This document shows, in pieces, positions 35,649-49,409 of a stretch of 64,000 nucleotides of DNA. The DNA is from Basidiobolus meristosporus CBS 931.73 (lineage: Eukaryota > Fungi > Basidiobolomycota), in the NCBI GenBank assembly GCA_002104905.1, contig MCFE01000090.1, positions 1-64,000 on the forward strand. The letters run 5' to 3'. The notes beneath the pieces were generated by a model. That model worked only from the letters and a program-made list of their open reading frames with translations, did not search any database and was not told the origin of the DNA. The translations under genes and the position numbers were made by a program. Positions within the stretch are counted from its first letter, which is position 1. Every line of letters begins with the position of its first letter.

Positions 35649-38600
35649 ATGTCGACTAGCCAGGGTAGCTTTTCGGGTACCGATGGTAATCAAGATGTAG
35701 CGTAAATCCCAGTATCGCAGAGCTAACCAGCATTGTGTTGTGTAGAGGTGACATCGAGTGCCCCTGAATCACAAGCCAAGAAGATCCTCTTTCGCCCGAA
35801 GCTGGAGCAAGAGCCTTGGGGCATCAATGGGGGTCGAAGAGGACTGATCCGAAGAGATAAAAACCAAGCATTGCCGAGGCAGCCCAGGAGTGGAAAGAAG
35901 TGGGGCTGCTGGTTTCTCTTCTCAAAGATCATCACATTCTACGCACCGCGTCCAATTCTTATTTGCTGTGGTAGGTAGGGCGAAGGACATTACATTGAAT
36001 CTCTTGCTGATGTGAGCATATCAATTCCAGGTATGAAGAGAGCAGAGGTTAGACAGGCTTGGAGGGAGAAGATGGCGTTGTGTACCATCATATTTGTTGT
36101 GTGTGCGTCCATCGGATTTTTGACATTCGGCTTCCAGCAAGTCTTGTGCAGTTGGGATGAAGTAAGTCGGGTAAAGCTGGATCAAGTAAACGCCACCGAT
36201 ATCATTCTTCACGGGAGGGTGTTGAAGCTGACGAGTTTGGCTCACCCAGCTGTGCCGGGGTTAAGTATAGAAGACAGCATTAGACCAACTGGTTCGTCGG
36301 GACAGGATGTCTCGTTCTTGTTTCAAAGCATGAACGGCCATTGCAGTGGAGTACTAAAGACTAGATCGGCCGAGAGTTACTTTCCCTGCATCACTCGAGG
36401 TCTGGGATTCACTGCCAAGACGAACACCACATACGACAAACGCAATTGCCATCTATCGGCATCCACAAGGGATGCGCTCGCGACGCTAGAGTTTGACGGG
36501 GAGGTTTATTACGACTGGAAGGATCTGCGGTCCAAAAGAAGAAATTTGGTTGTGTACAACGGCCAAATCCTGGATTTTGATTTGGTCGACTGGATAAATC
36601 CAGGGATTGAGGTTCCGGCCGTCTTCAAGCAGCTCCAGGATCCAAACTCCATACATAGGGGAACCGATGTGACGTTCCTTCTGAATACCTATTATCGCCC
36701 TGAAGTACAATGTGCTGTGGATTTGTTTAGGGTGGGGGCTCTTGATACCAGCACCATGGGATGTATCATATCCAACCTGCTGCTCTACATCTCCTTGATC
36801 GTGATTGTGAGTGTCATACTCGTGAGATTCTTCTTGGCCGTCATCTTTCAATGGGTCCTAAGCTGGCGCCTTGGGAGTTTCCGCGAGGAGACCCACGAGG
36901 AGCGCAAGGCACGTATCGAAGCAATTGAAAAGTGGGCCGAGAATCCCAGCAAATTGGCGTTTCCGCGCACAAAAGACGCAACAAAATATTCATCCAAGCT
37001 TCTGCCAACAACCAGTAGGTACTCTACCCCTGTTATACTTGTTGACCAAGCTTCCAACAGAACCACAACTATCCTCAAAAGCTCCTTTAACCTCGACCAC
37101 GAAGAACAAGAGGTGGATACTCAAAGGTACAGCACCCCAGCTCGCCTCATCTCGGACAGCGACACATCGCCTCGACCCACCACCATCGATGGCGATAAAA
37201 TCCACAACCCACCTACTCTCCCCCCGCCCACCTTCCAACCATTCAACTTCCCTTTAGCGCACATCATTATGCTAGTCACTTGCTATTCCGAAGGCCCCGA
37301 GGGAATACGCACAACTCTGGACTCTCTCGCACTAACCGACTACCCACAATCGCACAAACTGATTGTGGTTGTCGCGGATGGGGATATCATTGGGAGCGGG
37401 AACGAGATGTCCACACCAGATATCTGCGTCTCCATGATGAAGGACTTCGTGATCCCCCCGGAAAATGTGCTTCCCTACTCGTACGTCGCCGTCGCTGAGG
37501 GAACAAAGCGACACAACATGGCCAAAGTTTACGCCGGCTACTACAAGTTCGACGAAAGCGTCGTCGCCATAGAACGACAGCAACGCGTCCCCATGGTGGT
37601 GATATCCAAGTGCGGGTCTCTCGAAGAAAGAAGTCTGCCCAAGTCAGGCAATCGCGGCAAGCGGGACAGCCAGATCATTCTGATGTCATTCCTTCAACGG
37701 GTCATGTTTGATGACCGAATGACCGAGATGGAGTATGAGCTCTTCAACGCTATCTGGAGCACCACTGGAGTTACAGCGGATAGATTCGAAATCGTGCTCA
37801 TGGTGGATGCCGATACGAAGGTCTACCCCGACTCAGTGACCCGCATGGTTTCATGCATGGTGCGCGATCCTCAGATCATGGGCCTATGCGGCGAAACCAA
37901 GATAGCCAACAAAACCGACAGCTGGGTGTCTATGATCCAAGTGTTTGAATACTACATATCACATCATCAAAGCAAGGCCTTCGAATCGGTGTTCGGGAAC
38001 GTCACCTGTCTTCCCGGCTGCTTCAGCATGTACCGCATCAAGGCACCAAAAGGCACCAGCGGTCTTTGGGTTCCTATCCTTGCCAATCCAGATATCGTTG
38101 AGCGCTATTCGGAAAATGTGATCGACACCCTGCACAAGAAGAACCTGTTGCTCCTCGGTGAGGATCGTTTCCTGACAACCTTGATGTTGCGCACTTTCCC
38201 CAAGCGAAAGATGATTTTCGTCCCCCAGGCAGTGTGCAAGACCGTCGTTCCAAACGAGTTCAGCGTGCTGCTTTCACAGCGCCGTCGTTGGATCAACTCA
38301 ACCATTCACAATCTATTCGAATTGATACTGATAAGAGACCTGTGTGGTACGTTCTGCTTTTCCATGCAGTTCGTCATTTTTCTGGAGCTTATTGGCACAG
38401 CGGTGCTACCCGCTGCTATATGCTTTACCACCTATCTCGCCATAGCCTCGCTGATTGTAAGCCCAGTCCCACTCATTCCTATCGTTGTTCTAACCATTGT
38501 TTTGGGCCTACCCGCGGTATTGATCTTGATGACAGCTCGAAAGTTGGTGTATGTGGGCTGGATGGTGATCTATCTGATAGCGCTTCCTATCTGGAACTTT

Positions 38601-38909
38601 GTTCTTCCTCTTTATGCCTTCTGGCATTTCGACGATTTTAGTTGGGGTCAGACGAGGGTTGTGGCGGGCGAGAGTGAGGGAGGAGACGACCACGGAAAGA
38701 AGGAAGGGGAATTCGACTCGAGTCGTATCAACATGAAGAAATGGTCAGAGTTTGAGCGTGGAAAACGCCGGCAAACGAAACTTTTCTTGTCAAAATACGA
38801 TATTCCCGCAATAACCTCGGGGACACTTGGCTACCACACACCTAGCCAACTTGCAAGAATATCTACTTCTAGTCGTTTGCTACGTAACGAAACCAACCTT
38901 GAAAGGTAG
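35649..38909 (+). CDS. CHS3: Class IV chitin synthase (Chs3-like)
   Basis: QAWREKMAL, TCYSEG, GKRDSQ, VDADT, LGEDRFL, SQRRRWINS, WHFDDFSWGQTR. Upstream exons (MSTSQ|EVTS...ITFYAP...CCG|MK) are inferred from splice signals. Confidence 0.93.
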
Positions 38910-39208
38910 AGCTGGGACCATATGCATTATTTTACCATATCACATACCATCACTACTTATTGTATTAGTTATCATTAATATCGCCCGCTTTAGACTCTGG
39001 TCATATATATATATGTAGCGTTCTTATGATGAATGAACTGGGAAATTAATCTTCATTGTCCAAAAACGTTGGGAATTTCCCACTTTATGGAAGGATTTTT
39101 CAACCAATCACGTTGAATTTCCATGCTTTTTTTTTATGGTGCGAAGCTTAAATATGGCTCACGCCGGTCAACGCCTTTTTTTTTCTTTTCTGTTTCTTCC
39201 GTTGAACC

Positions 39209-40058
39209 ATGGACGCCAAGCAGTGGATCGATATCGACATTTCTAGAGTGTACCCGCTCGACCACTTTGTTGTTCCTCAGCATTACGAAAAGGATGTCGA
39301 GAGCATTCTGATTCCCCACGGAATGATCAAGGACAGAATCCAGAAGTTAGCCAAACTTATTGTCAACAACATTCCCGACGACCCTGTTCCCAACCTAGGT
39401 ACTTGTCTTGCTGGCCACACGGCTGCCGTCTCTTCGTTTTTGAAACTAACCCGCTTCCTGCAGTTGTTTGCTGCGTCTTGAAAGGTGGCCACCAATACTT
39501 CGCCGACTTGGTCAACGAGATCAAGAGATGCCACACCGACAAGGGAAAATCCATCAAGCTCAGCCTCGAGTTCTTGAAGGTCAAGAGTTATGAAAATGAT
39601 CAGTCGACCGGAAGCGTCCGCATCTCCATGACCGAAAAGGAGCTGGAGGAATTCCGTGGAAAGGTAAGTCCCGTGCAGTTTCACCCGCAATGGATCCAAC
39701 CGAATTGCTCATACGTCGTTCAAACAGAACCTCCTCATCGTCGAGGACATCATCGATACTGGCCGTACCATGGTCAAGCTTCTTGAACGCTTGAAGGACT
39801 TCGGCCCTGCCTCCGTCAAGGTGACAAGTTTGTTGATCAAGAAGACTCCTCTTTCCAACGGATACATTCCCGATTATGTTGGTTTCGCCATCCCCGATGC
39901 CTTCGTCGTTGGTTATGCTCTTGACTACAATGAGCACTTCCGTGATCTTGATCATATCGCGGTGATTAGTGTAAGTTTTCATCATCATCACATGTCAACC
40001 ATCCCCTTGTTCTAACCTCCGTCTCTAGGAACACGGAAAGAAGGCATATGCCTTGTAA
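39209..40058 (+). CDS. HPRT1: Hypoxanthine-guanine phosphoribosyltransferase (animal HPRT1-type)
   Basis: [52 protein letters not shown]; 3 introns. Confidence 0.93.
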
Positions 40059-40227
40059 ATTAAAAGATAAATTGGAAATTTATCAAGTGTATTCTTTTTT
40101 CTCTACCCCCCTCCAATAGAATAACTCACTCTCCAGGAGTGAACTTCCCTTATATTTACGTTTATCAAAAATTAAAGTCAGCTTTCGTCTACAACTCGGG
40201 ATATCTTGCTTCCCTAATCAATGGATT

Positions 40228-42882
40228 TTATTGCTCATTCTGGGCCCAGTCGTTGGCTATCACCACCACCGGATTGTCGATTAGATCCTCCGAAAGGTCG
40301 TTTCTCCTTCGGGTCATCAATTCCCCTGCCTTTACGAGATTGTTTGTGTTCCAGGGACCTTCGTCTTTCTGGTGGCTTCCCTTGGTTGGGGTGGACTGGG
40401 AGCGGTGGTGGGATTTGTGCTGTCGTTTCTTGTTTGGCTTATCTTTCATGACGATCCCCTCATGTTGCTCTGCGTGATGCTCCTCTTCCGAACTATTGTC
40501 GGTGTCCATGTAGCCAATATCCGAATCACGAAGTTCACACTCGCCGCAATGGCTGTTCTCGCAGAAGATCTCCTTGGTCCACTCGCTCAGGCCGCTGATC
40601 ACCCCCTTGGCCTCCGGGAAGATAGGCAACATCTGTAGAAAGGCGTGGGATATGCCTTGCAGGATCTTCACCTCCACCATCTTCTCCTCCACAAACTCAC
40701 GGTCGTTCAGAAAATCTGTATTCACGAAGCTGCTGATTTTACGTAGGGTCGGGTTCGAGGAGTTGCGGAGGTATTCCGGAGTAAACTTCGTCGGGTCTGT
40801 TGTAGAGGCGCTATCGGTGCTTAGGTTGGAGGTGGTGGCCGGGGACATGGCGAACTTGCTGGAGAAGCTTTGGAGATCGGTGTTGGAGCGTCTGTCCGGC
40901 CTGAAGGAAAACCCTGACATGGAGCTGTCTCGAGCATCGTCGATATCTCTTTGTCGCTTGGCCTCCCTCCAAACCTTGCGCTTTGCTTCCCGGATTCTTC
41001 CTGCGAATATGACAGTGTCATCAACCAAGGGGTCTTTTTCCCCGCATAGAAGGTACACTTTGGGGAATTGGGCGAGAAGCTCATCTGGAGCCACCACGGG
41101 GGAAAGCAGATAGTCATGCTGGAAATCTGGAGTTTGATTTGGCCCAACATACAGAATGGCCATCGCACGCATCTAGATTTGCACAGCAAGTTAGTTGGTC
41201 GTCTCTTCATGCAGTGACCTTATCGGGTAACCGTACCAAGTTGGGGGTGATGATCCTATCATTGAAGAAACTCATTCTACTTGTCATCGAGAGTCTAGTC
41301 CCCGAGTTGGATGACAGCTTGAACGGGACTTTGATTCTTTCCTGGATCGCACGGTGCTTGTGCGTGCTCCACTTTCTCTCCAGATCAGGCGTCACCGCCA
41401 GAGGGCTATGATGGCCCAGATGATTTTTCGCCTCCATTAGCGAGGGCAAGGATTTGGCTGATTGTGCACGAATCAGGTCCATTTGGGAATTGGACATCCA
41501 TGAGCTAATGTTAAAATCAAGGCATCCATAAATAAGAATCAACCCATCAGGTAATGGAACTGCTGGCTTACGCTCTAGCGCTTTGAGAACCACGGAGGCT
41601 GCAATGTTTCCTCCACTTGATATGAAACCATGTCAGCCAATTCTTGGTTGAAGCTCAGAGATGCTACTTACGCTGAGTCTCCTATCATTGCTATGGAAAC
41701 CCGGTCCCGTTTTGCCCCATCTGGGCTCGTCCAGCCAAGCATCCCTAGGCATTCGCCATTGCTTTCGACTATTGTTCTGTACACATCGAAGCACTCTTCA
41801 ATTGCGTACGGGTAAGGGAATTCCGGGGCTTTCCCATAATCGATGCTCACAACGGGCGCCCCGGTCTCGTGAGCAATCTGGGTCAGGTAGTCTTCGTGGC
41901 ATTCGGGATTCATGGTCACAAAGCCGCCGCCAGGGAAGTTCAAGATGATCCTTGAGCAGTGGGTATAGCTTTCCTTGGTCCCGGTGTAATAAATATAAGC
42001 CCTGATTGGGTTGGGGCCGCACGCGTATTTGGCCGGCCTAGGTATCAACATTCGCTTCTCGATGGTCAGCCGTGGCTTCCTTAGCCTGGAGGCGAAGCGT
42101 AGCAATGGGTGCAGCGATTTCTCCCATGACATCCTCATATACTCCACTGTGGGCTGGGCACGGATCCTGCGGACCTACGGTGAACATAGAGATGCGATGA
42201 GCCCTCGCCACGCTATGATATGCTGTTGGCTAGAACGTACTTTCTGATCGGCTCTCTCAGAGAACACAAGGTAGAACACTGTGAACACGATGCTCAGTAT
42301 ATTCATGAGCCACTTGGGCCGAATGTTCATGGCGGTGTAAAAGCCAGCATCCAGCGCGGTAAGGATCCACGTCGCTCGATAGTAGTTCCGACTATACTGA
42401 GTCAAAAAGTGAATACAGTCGTTGATCTGAAAGGGTCTTCGTCATTACCAGTCTCGCCAAGGGTTCTGGCGCTAGAAATGGCAGGAGCAAGTCAATGGTC
42501 CATCGTCCGGTTGGTTCCAGTACAGTGATCAACTTACCATTCAATCCTAGCAGCAGAAACGCATTCTTGACTACATAAACACACGTTAAACTTCCGAGGA
42601 TCAGTTGCCACGGAGAGTATCTGGCTGTACCATCACGATTGTCGTTAGTACAGCATGCCATGAAAGAGTAGCGCGGACCGACCTAGACGTTGATTAAGCC
42701 CGCTGAGATACTTGGGTTCATTCCGGCCGTATCCTCTCAAGGCTAGAATGCTAGTGAAGCTCAGTTATTAACCAGTCACAGCAAATCACTATGGTGTTGG
42801 GTGAGTACGCTGCAGTTGCCACCAGGATCACTTGTACCCGCTTGAGATTGTTGGAGGGCTTTCCTAATAGGTGATCGATCAT
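40228..42882 (-). CDS. Hormone-sensitive-lipase-like alpha/beta hydrolase (multi-exon)
   Basis: FPGGGFV oxyanion motif, IGDSA|GGN nucleophile, GEKDPLVDD, SHAFLQM; N-term MIDHLLGKPS (start less certain). Confidence 0.88.
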
Positions 42883-43227
42883 CGATGAATCGTGCGTATG
42901 TTGTGCGTATGTTCTGCGTATAATGTGTATTTGGAATGTTGAGTTAGAAAACCTTGGGCCGTAAGGTACGTCCAAAGTTTATATTTTACTCAGCTCAGGG
43001 GAAAGGAACTGACATGTGAAAACGTCCACCACACGTCATTCGCTAGGCGGGGTGAATCAATCATATGATTGTAATATGCTTGCCGAAACGCGGGGAATGA
43101 CATCAGGTAGTCAACTATTGGATCTACCTGGTCAGGGTGGTATGGACTTGATGTTTGGGTTAATTTCTCGCTGACTGTGTTTCAAAGTAAACCGAAACCG
43201 TCTTGAGCTCCCTATCACTTTTGTTGT

Positions 43228-43626
43228 TTACCCTCGCTTTGAGCAGGAGACAGTACAAAAACCGCTTGGCGTTGAGGGTGAGGGTGGCTGTTGTAAAAGT
43301 AATAAATAGTCGATTTTCATCGGCAGTAGTCCAGTTTTCTCGACCACTATTGTTGTTTCGACACTGGCAGACATACCGGTAAAGGAGTCCGTAAAGACAC
43401 CAGGGTGAGGGTTGCTGAACAGTCGAGGCTCACTAGTTTCATGATTACTAAAGAATAACTGAGGACGCTCAACTGTATATCCGCTACCAGAACTACGCAC
43501 CCCTACACTGCTTCCATCAAGGTGGAACTCTGCCTCTACCCAAAATGGCCCAGAAACCTCTTCTCCACCTCTAAACTCAAGCAAATACTTTTCTGCTTTG
43601 GAGAGGGATGAAGTTGGGGCACGCAT
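43228..43626 (-). CDS. Possible hypothetical protein or exon
   Basis: 132-codon ORF in an intergenic gap; no motif recognised. Confidence 0.3.
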   Translation of the reverse strand: MRAPTSSLSKAEKYLLEFRGGEEVSGPFWVEAEFHLDGSSVGVRSSGSGYTVERPQLFFSNHETSEPRLFSNPHPGVFTDSFTGMSASVETTIVVEKTGLLPMKIDYLLLLQQPPSPSTPSGFCTVSCSKRG

Positions 43627-44028
43627 GGAAGTATCAGAGATCTAGTGAAGGTGGGGATTTCTTCAAGACATTGAATACTTCATGTGAGCTTGGTGTAGCA
43701 TCATGTTTAGCCGATGATCCGCAGTCTATTGTTGTAGTTCCGATGGCTTCCAATTTGCATCTACGGTCACAAACCTATCATTCCATTCAGGCCAGCATCA
43801 AACCCGACTCAGCCACCCAGAGCATTGACCAAATGGATATCTAGGACCCCATAATCCAAGCAAACAGATCCAGAGATTAAGTAGTTCTAGGGAGGTGCAC
43901 TATCTAAACTGAGTAATACCACTGCGTGGAGTTCATTATCTCTCCTCTGTTACCAACTAGCCGTGTTATTGATCCTGCTACTTGATACCTTCTTCTCACC
44001 ACAGCACATAGTCCTTATTCTTCTTGAG

Positions 44029-45125
<1,097 letters not shown>

Positions 45126-45410
45126 TCCGTTCCCCCGGTCATGTGATACAGTCCCAAATAAACCATGCTTACAGATGTACTAGGCCCTTCGGATCATGTG
45201 ATCGGGGACGATTGAGGTTGCATGCACGTTGGATTTATGACAGTGTGACTGATACACATGACTGGATCGACCATTTTGGCTGTCTTGCAAGCGCCTAGAT
45301 TAGAATCACCATTACGACACCAAATTGATGCTGGCCCTGCACAAATCCTTTATATACTTCGGCCGGGCACGAATGACGTCCTCTAAACTCGACCCAACTC
45401 CACTTCAAAC

Positions 45411-46010
45411 ATGGCAAAAGACCAACATCTCACAGGGCTAGAAAGAGACACCAAGGCCCTTTCCTCCCTAGACACTGTGACCGTCTCCCCACAGAAGGCC
45501 GATGAGCTAGTCCACTCGTCTGGCCAGGGCCTTTCCAACCTGCATTTACTATCCGGACGAAAAGTCCCCACACTCGAGCAGACCATAGCGAAAGAAGAAG
45601 CCACCAGTAACTTCCAGGTGGAATCTCCTCGCCCGACCGACTCCACCCCGAAGTATCGCAACGACCTATCTCCCGACAAGTTGGGGGTAGTAGGGTTCGT
45701 CACCGAAACGGTCAGCATGGCGAAAGAACTGATATCGAACCGAATCCAACAACGTCGTGCCTCGATAGAGGGGATAGAAGAACCTGCCGAGAAGAGCGAC
45801 AAGCGGGAGGAGCATCCTGCCGAGCCTACACCCGCGGAAGAGCCCGTGCTCGTGCAGAAGGTGAAGTCCCTGTTCCCGAAGCCGCTCGTACAGGAGGATG
45901 GCGCACCCAGGTACAAGGTTGATGGCTCCTGGGGCTACAAGCACAACGAGTCGAATCCCGCAGTGGAATTCAGTCACCTCCCCTCCCAATCTATGGAGAA
46001 GCATTCTTGA
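45411..46010 (+). CDS. Hypothetical hydrophilic protein (199 aa)
   Basis: Intact ATG-to-stop ORF with gene-like, CpG-containing composition; no motif recognised. Confidence 0.6.
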   Translation: MAKDQHLTGLERDTKALSSLDTVTVSPQKADELVHSSGQGLSNLHLLSGRKVPTLEQTIAKEEATSNFQVESPRPTDSTPKYRNDLSPDKLGVVGFVTETVSMAKELISNRIQQRRASIEGIEEPAEKSDKREEHPAEPTPAEEPVLVQKVKSLFPKPLVQEDGAPRYKVDGSWGYKHNESNPAVEFSHLPSQSMEKHS

Positions 46011-46410
46011 CATGATTGCTTTTCATTTCCAATTTCATTTTCCCTGTAAATAAATCGCCTTGAATGTGCTATTTCTTTTCCAGTCCAAGAGATAGTCCAT
46101 GTTGCGTTCTCTTGGTTTGGGACGCATAGGAGACTGAATGCCCAAGAGACCCAGTACATATGCCATGAAACCTAACCCCAAGTATGGTCGAGGATATGTT
46201 ATCGCATGGCTTAAAGTGACGTATGCATAGGGTGATTTAAAGTTATAACCCCAAGTGATCTGTGGTGCTGTATTGCTTGACTTCGAGTATGTTAAAACCT
46301 ATAAAATATAAGTTCAGATAGACATGGTGCTACCACCCACATATTTTCAGAGTCTACTCCATTCCCAATACTTGAGTAGTCAGTTACCAGTATAAACAGC
46401 CGAGTATAAC

Positions 46411-46701
46411 TTACAGAACCCTGTGTTCATTAGCAGGGCTACACCCTGATGATAGGACCAAGATGGCTTGTTTCTGTACAATTAGCTTGCTAATCTCCCA
46501 GATGATATTTACCAGTCTATAGATAAGTGCAAATACTTCACGCAGCCAAACTTTGCAAATACATTCTAAAGGCCTCAACTTTTGACTATACCCTCCAGAA
46601 TAGCTAGCAAAGGCCTCAAAAGTATGACTTATTGGAACCATTAGAATCATTGAGATCTTGAAAGGTGGCAACTTATTTAAATAAGCTGTGTCTTTGGGCA
46701 T
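46411..46701 (-). mobile_element. Possible pogo/Tc5-type DDE transposase remnant
   Basis: YSGGYSQKLRPLE...LREVF loosely resembles the GGxTxxLQPLD motif of DDE_1 transposases. Confidence 0.25.
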
Positions 46702-48549
46702 TAATGAAGTAGTCCTGAAATATTGGCCTGACTGCCCCTATGAAAACCAACTTGGTCACACATATGGATCTGATCCGGATCAGCCATCAAGATCCTGACA
46801 AGACACTATCACAACTGTAAGATATGTACTAATGTCTTAATGTTCACATAACCTTGTCACTTAGATTATAGCCAACAAATTCTGGAGAATTCTAATCAAA
46901 CTCCTTGATAAGATGGCTCTGGAATATTTCATCAAAATATCAGGCAGTAAGGACTTGAAAATCTAAGAGTTGTCTAGAGTGCTCCAAGCACCACCCAGAT
47001 GTTCTTGGTGTTGAAAGATTTTAGGGAATATTAGAATGGCTCTAGAGAACTAGAGGAGTTGTATGATATTCACTTGCTTATTGAGTTGAAATAAAGTAAA
47101 TATACTTTTAGAGGAGCATTGTAAATCTAATCACTAGAATGCTTCAAGAAAGCTCCCAGGAAGCTGTGTATAAGATTTGCAGGCTTTTGGACAAGCTTGA
47201 TAACTTCTAGACCCCAACTAATGCCAAGAATTTGCTAATATCTTGTGCATTAAATCTTGGATAAGCTACTCATAACTTAGCAGTAGGCCAAATAGAGTTT
47301 GGTACTTTATGAATTGTACAGGTGTCCCATAAGAGATCCAACACCTGCAACTCATTAACAATCTGCCAGTATTCCCATGGTTTTTTCTGGCATTCAGCTG
47401 GTGCTCCTCTTTCCTAGTTTTGGTTGTGACTTGTTGTGGAAGTAGCCTTAGCAATAATAACTGTTTTTACTAGTACTATAAGCCCAGATGAATTGGCATA
47501 TGAGCAGGTATCTTCAGAGTCAACAAAGGGGCAGGGATGACAAAAGATGCTGTGTAAAAAGTGTTGTAAAAATACACAATTCCACCTAAATATTCAACAA
47601 ACTTAGTCACTTAGATTATTACCCTCAGATCTCATTGAATACTGACCAAAATCCTTGTTGGGATTTACTTGGAATATTTTTACCAAAATGCCAGGTATCC
47701 AGAACATGAGAATTCTCAAAGTTGTCCAAACAGCCCCAAACTTTGTGCTCATGTTCTTGGGACCTTTTTAATTCTATTCCATGTGTTTGTTTTGCCAAGA
47801 TCATGTAAAAGTATATATACTAGCTCTGCATTCAATAAATCATAAAGTGAATACCACATAATCTACTTGTTCTCCCAGTCACTTCTAATATCTCCAAGAC
47901 TCTTACAACAAAAAGGACAAACAAAAAAATGTGGATCTTAATGAAAGAACTTTAATCAAATAATATATAGAAAGAAATTTGATGCAGATGAACAATTGTT
48001 TACTTGCATAATTGTTCTTCTGAAACACACAAGCTAAGAGATATGGGGATAGGCAATGAATTACAAAGGTAATAGTCTATTTAGCTTAGTACCTGAACTC
48101 ACACATTTTGAGTCTTGAGTTTTTTAAAAATTACTCTCATGCATTCATGAGTCTAACTTGGCTCTATTTTTGTTCAACCAATAGCAGTTATGCAGTAGCA
48201 GCAAAGAAGCAATCTATACCATGCAACAAAGCTGACTGCCTGGCTCTTTATTTTTATCTTGATTACCAGATCTGGTATGGATGCTATTTTGTGCAATCTC
48301 CTTCTAGCAAATACATTGGCTATTTTTCCATGCATCTAGTACCTGATATATTTGGAGTTGTAAGTTAAGAGAAGCTTGTAATTTAGCTGCTATTATGGAG
48401 GAATTCTGCTGGCCTATTGTTAGTATTGTACTCAGGGATGTAAAATAAGTAACTATAGCACTTGGAACCCTGATGAGTATAGTCTCCATGATATTTTGCC
48501 AACCAAATGCATCAGAATACTCTATGAAGGTAATATGGACCCATAAAGG

Positions 48550-48830
48550 GATCCATTGAAAATCTGCTGTCAGGATCCAGCAGCTTTGAACTCATGACAC
48601 ACTTCACAATGAAAAAGTGAGTAGTGATGGTGTTTTGCTGTTTCTACTGCCAAATGAGGGAATGGCCTTGTTCCATTTGAGAGTGCCACATAGTGCCAGC
48701 CAGTTTATAGTGCTGGATTGATCTGGCACTCTGTGGCACTATCTGGAACTCTAACTTCTACTGTGATGCCAGTACAAAGATACAGCTACTGGTAATTTTA
48801 CTCAATTTTACATACATTGCTCAAATAGTG
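48550..48830. repeat. Dispersed repeat family (also about 58200-58560, and a fragment at about 46755-46820)
   Basis: Shared core GGATC...ATC.GC(TG/CA)TCA.GATCC and downstream GTGTTTTGCT in the longer copies. Confidence 0.6.
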
Positions 48831-49025
48831 CTTTTTGTGCTTTATTTACTCTTCATCAGGCACCAGAAGCACTTTTCCCAGTGAATGACTTCTTGCATAA
48901 ATATAATATGCATTAAATAGTATCTTGACTATTTGACTTAGTCAGCTGTTTTCTCCTATATAAGATTTTCCTGTGTATTTACTGGCCAGTATGCTAAATC
49001 TCTTTAGATATCCAAATGTATGCTG

Positions 49026-49405
49026 TGTGGGCTATTACTGACTGTACCTGGTAGTTGGAAGAGCTTGTAGGTCACATCAGTACCACTTGGCTCACAACAG
49101 CTTCCAACAGAAGGCAGTAAGACAATAAAGACTTGTGTTTATTATGTCCAAAGAAAAACCCTTCTCACAGTCTTGACTCAATCAGATAAACAGATATCTC
49201 ACTGGGAGAGGCTTAAGTGATAGACAGTGTGTCATAAACTAAGGGTGTGAACACCTTTCTGTAATGGTAAGTGTCTCAGCTAGGTAAGGGCAGGAATAGG
49301 AGGAAGGATGTGCAAGGGAATCATAGGGAGGATACTGGGGGGACTTTGGGCAGCACTCTGGGGAAGCTCTTGGGCAAAGAGTGGGTACTGCATTTAGTAT
49401 TCACA
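49026..49405 (-). mobile_element. Solo LTR related to the gypsy 5' LTR at 61255-61628
   Basis: Reverse complement aligns end to end with 61255-61628 (TGTGA.TACTAAATG ... CAGTAATA.CCCACA); TG...CA termini. Confidence 0.8.
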
Positions 49406-49409
49406 TGTG

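Noticed and set aside
47000-49000. Short ORFs in the CpG-depleted zone as host genes
   Set aside because: Composition and repeats (e.g. diverged direct repeat at about 46850-47010 and 47600-47760) indicate decayed TE sequence.
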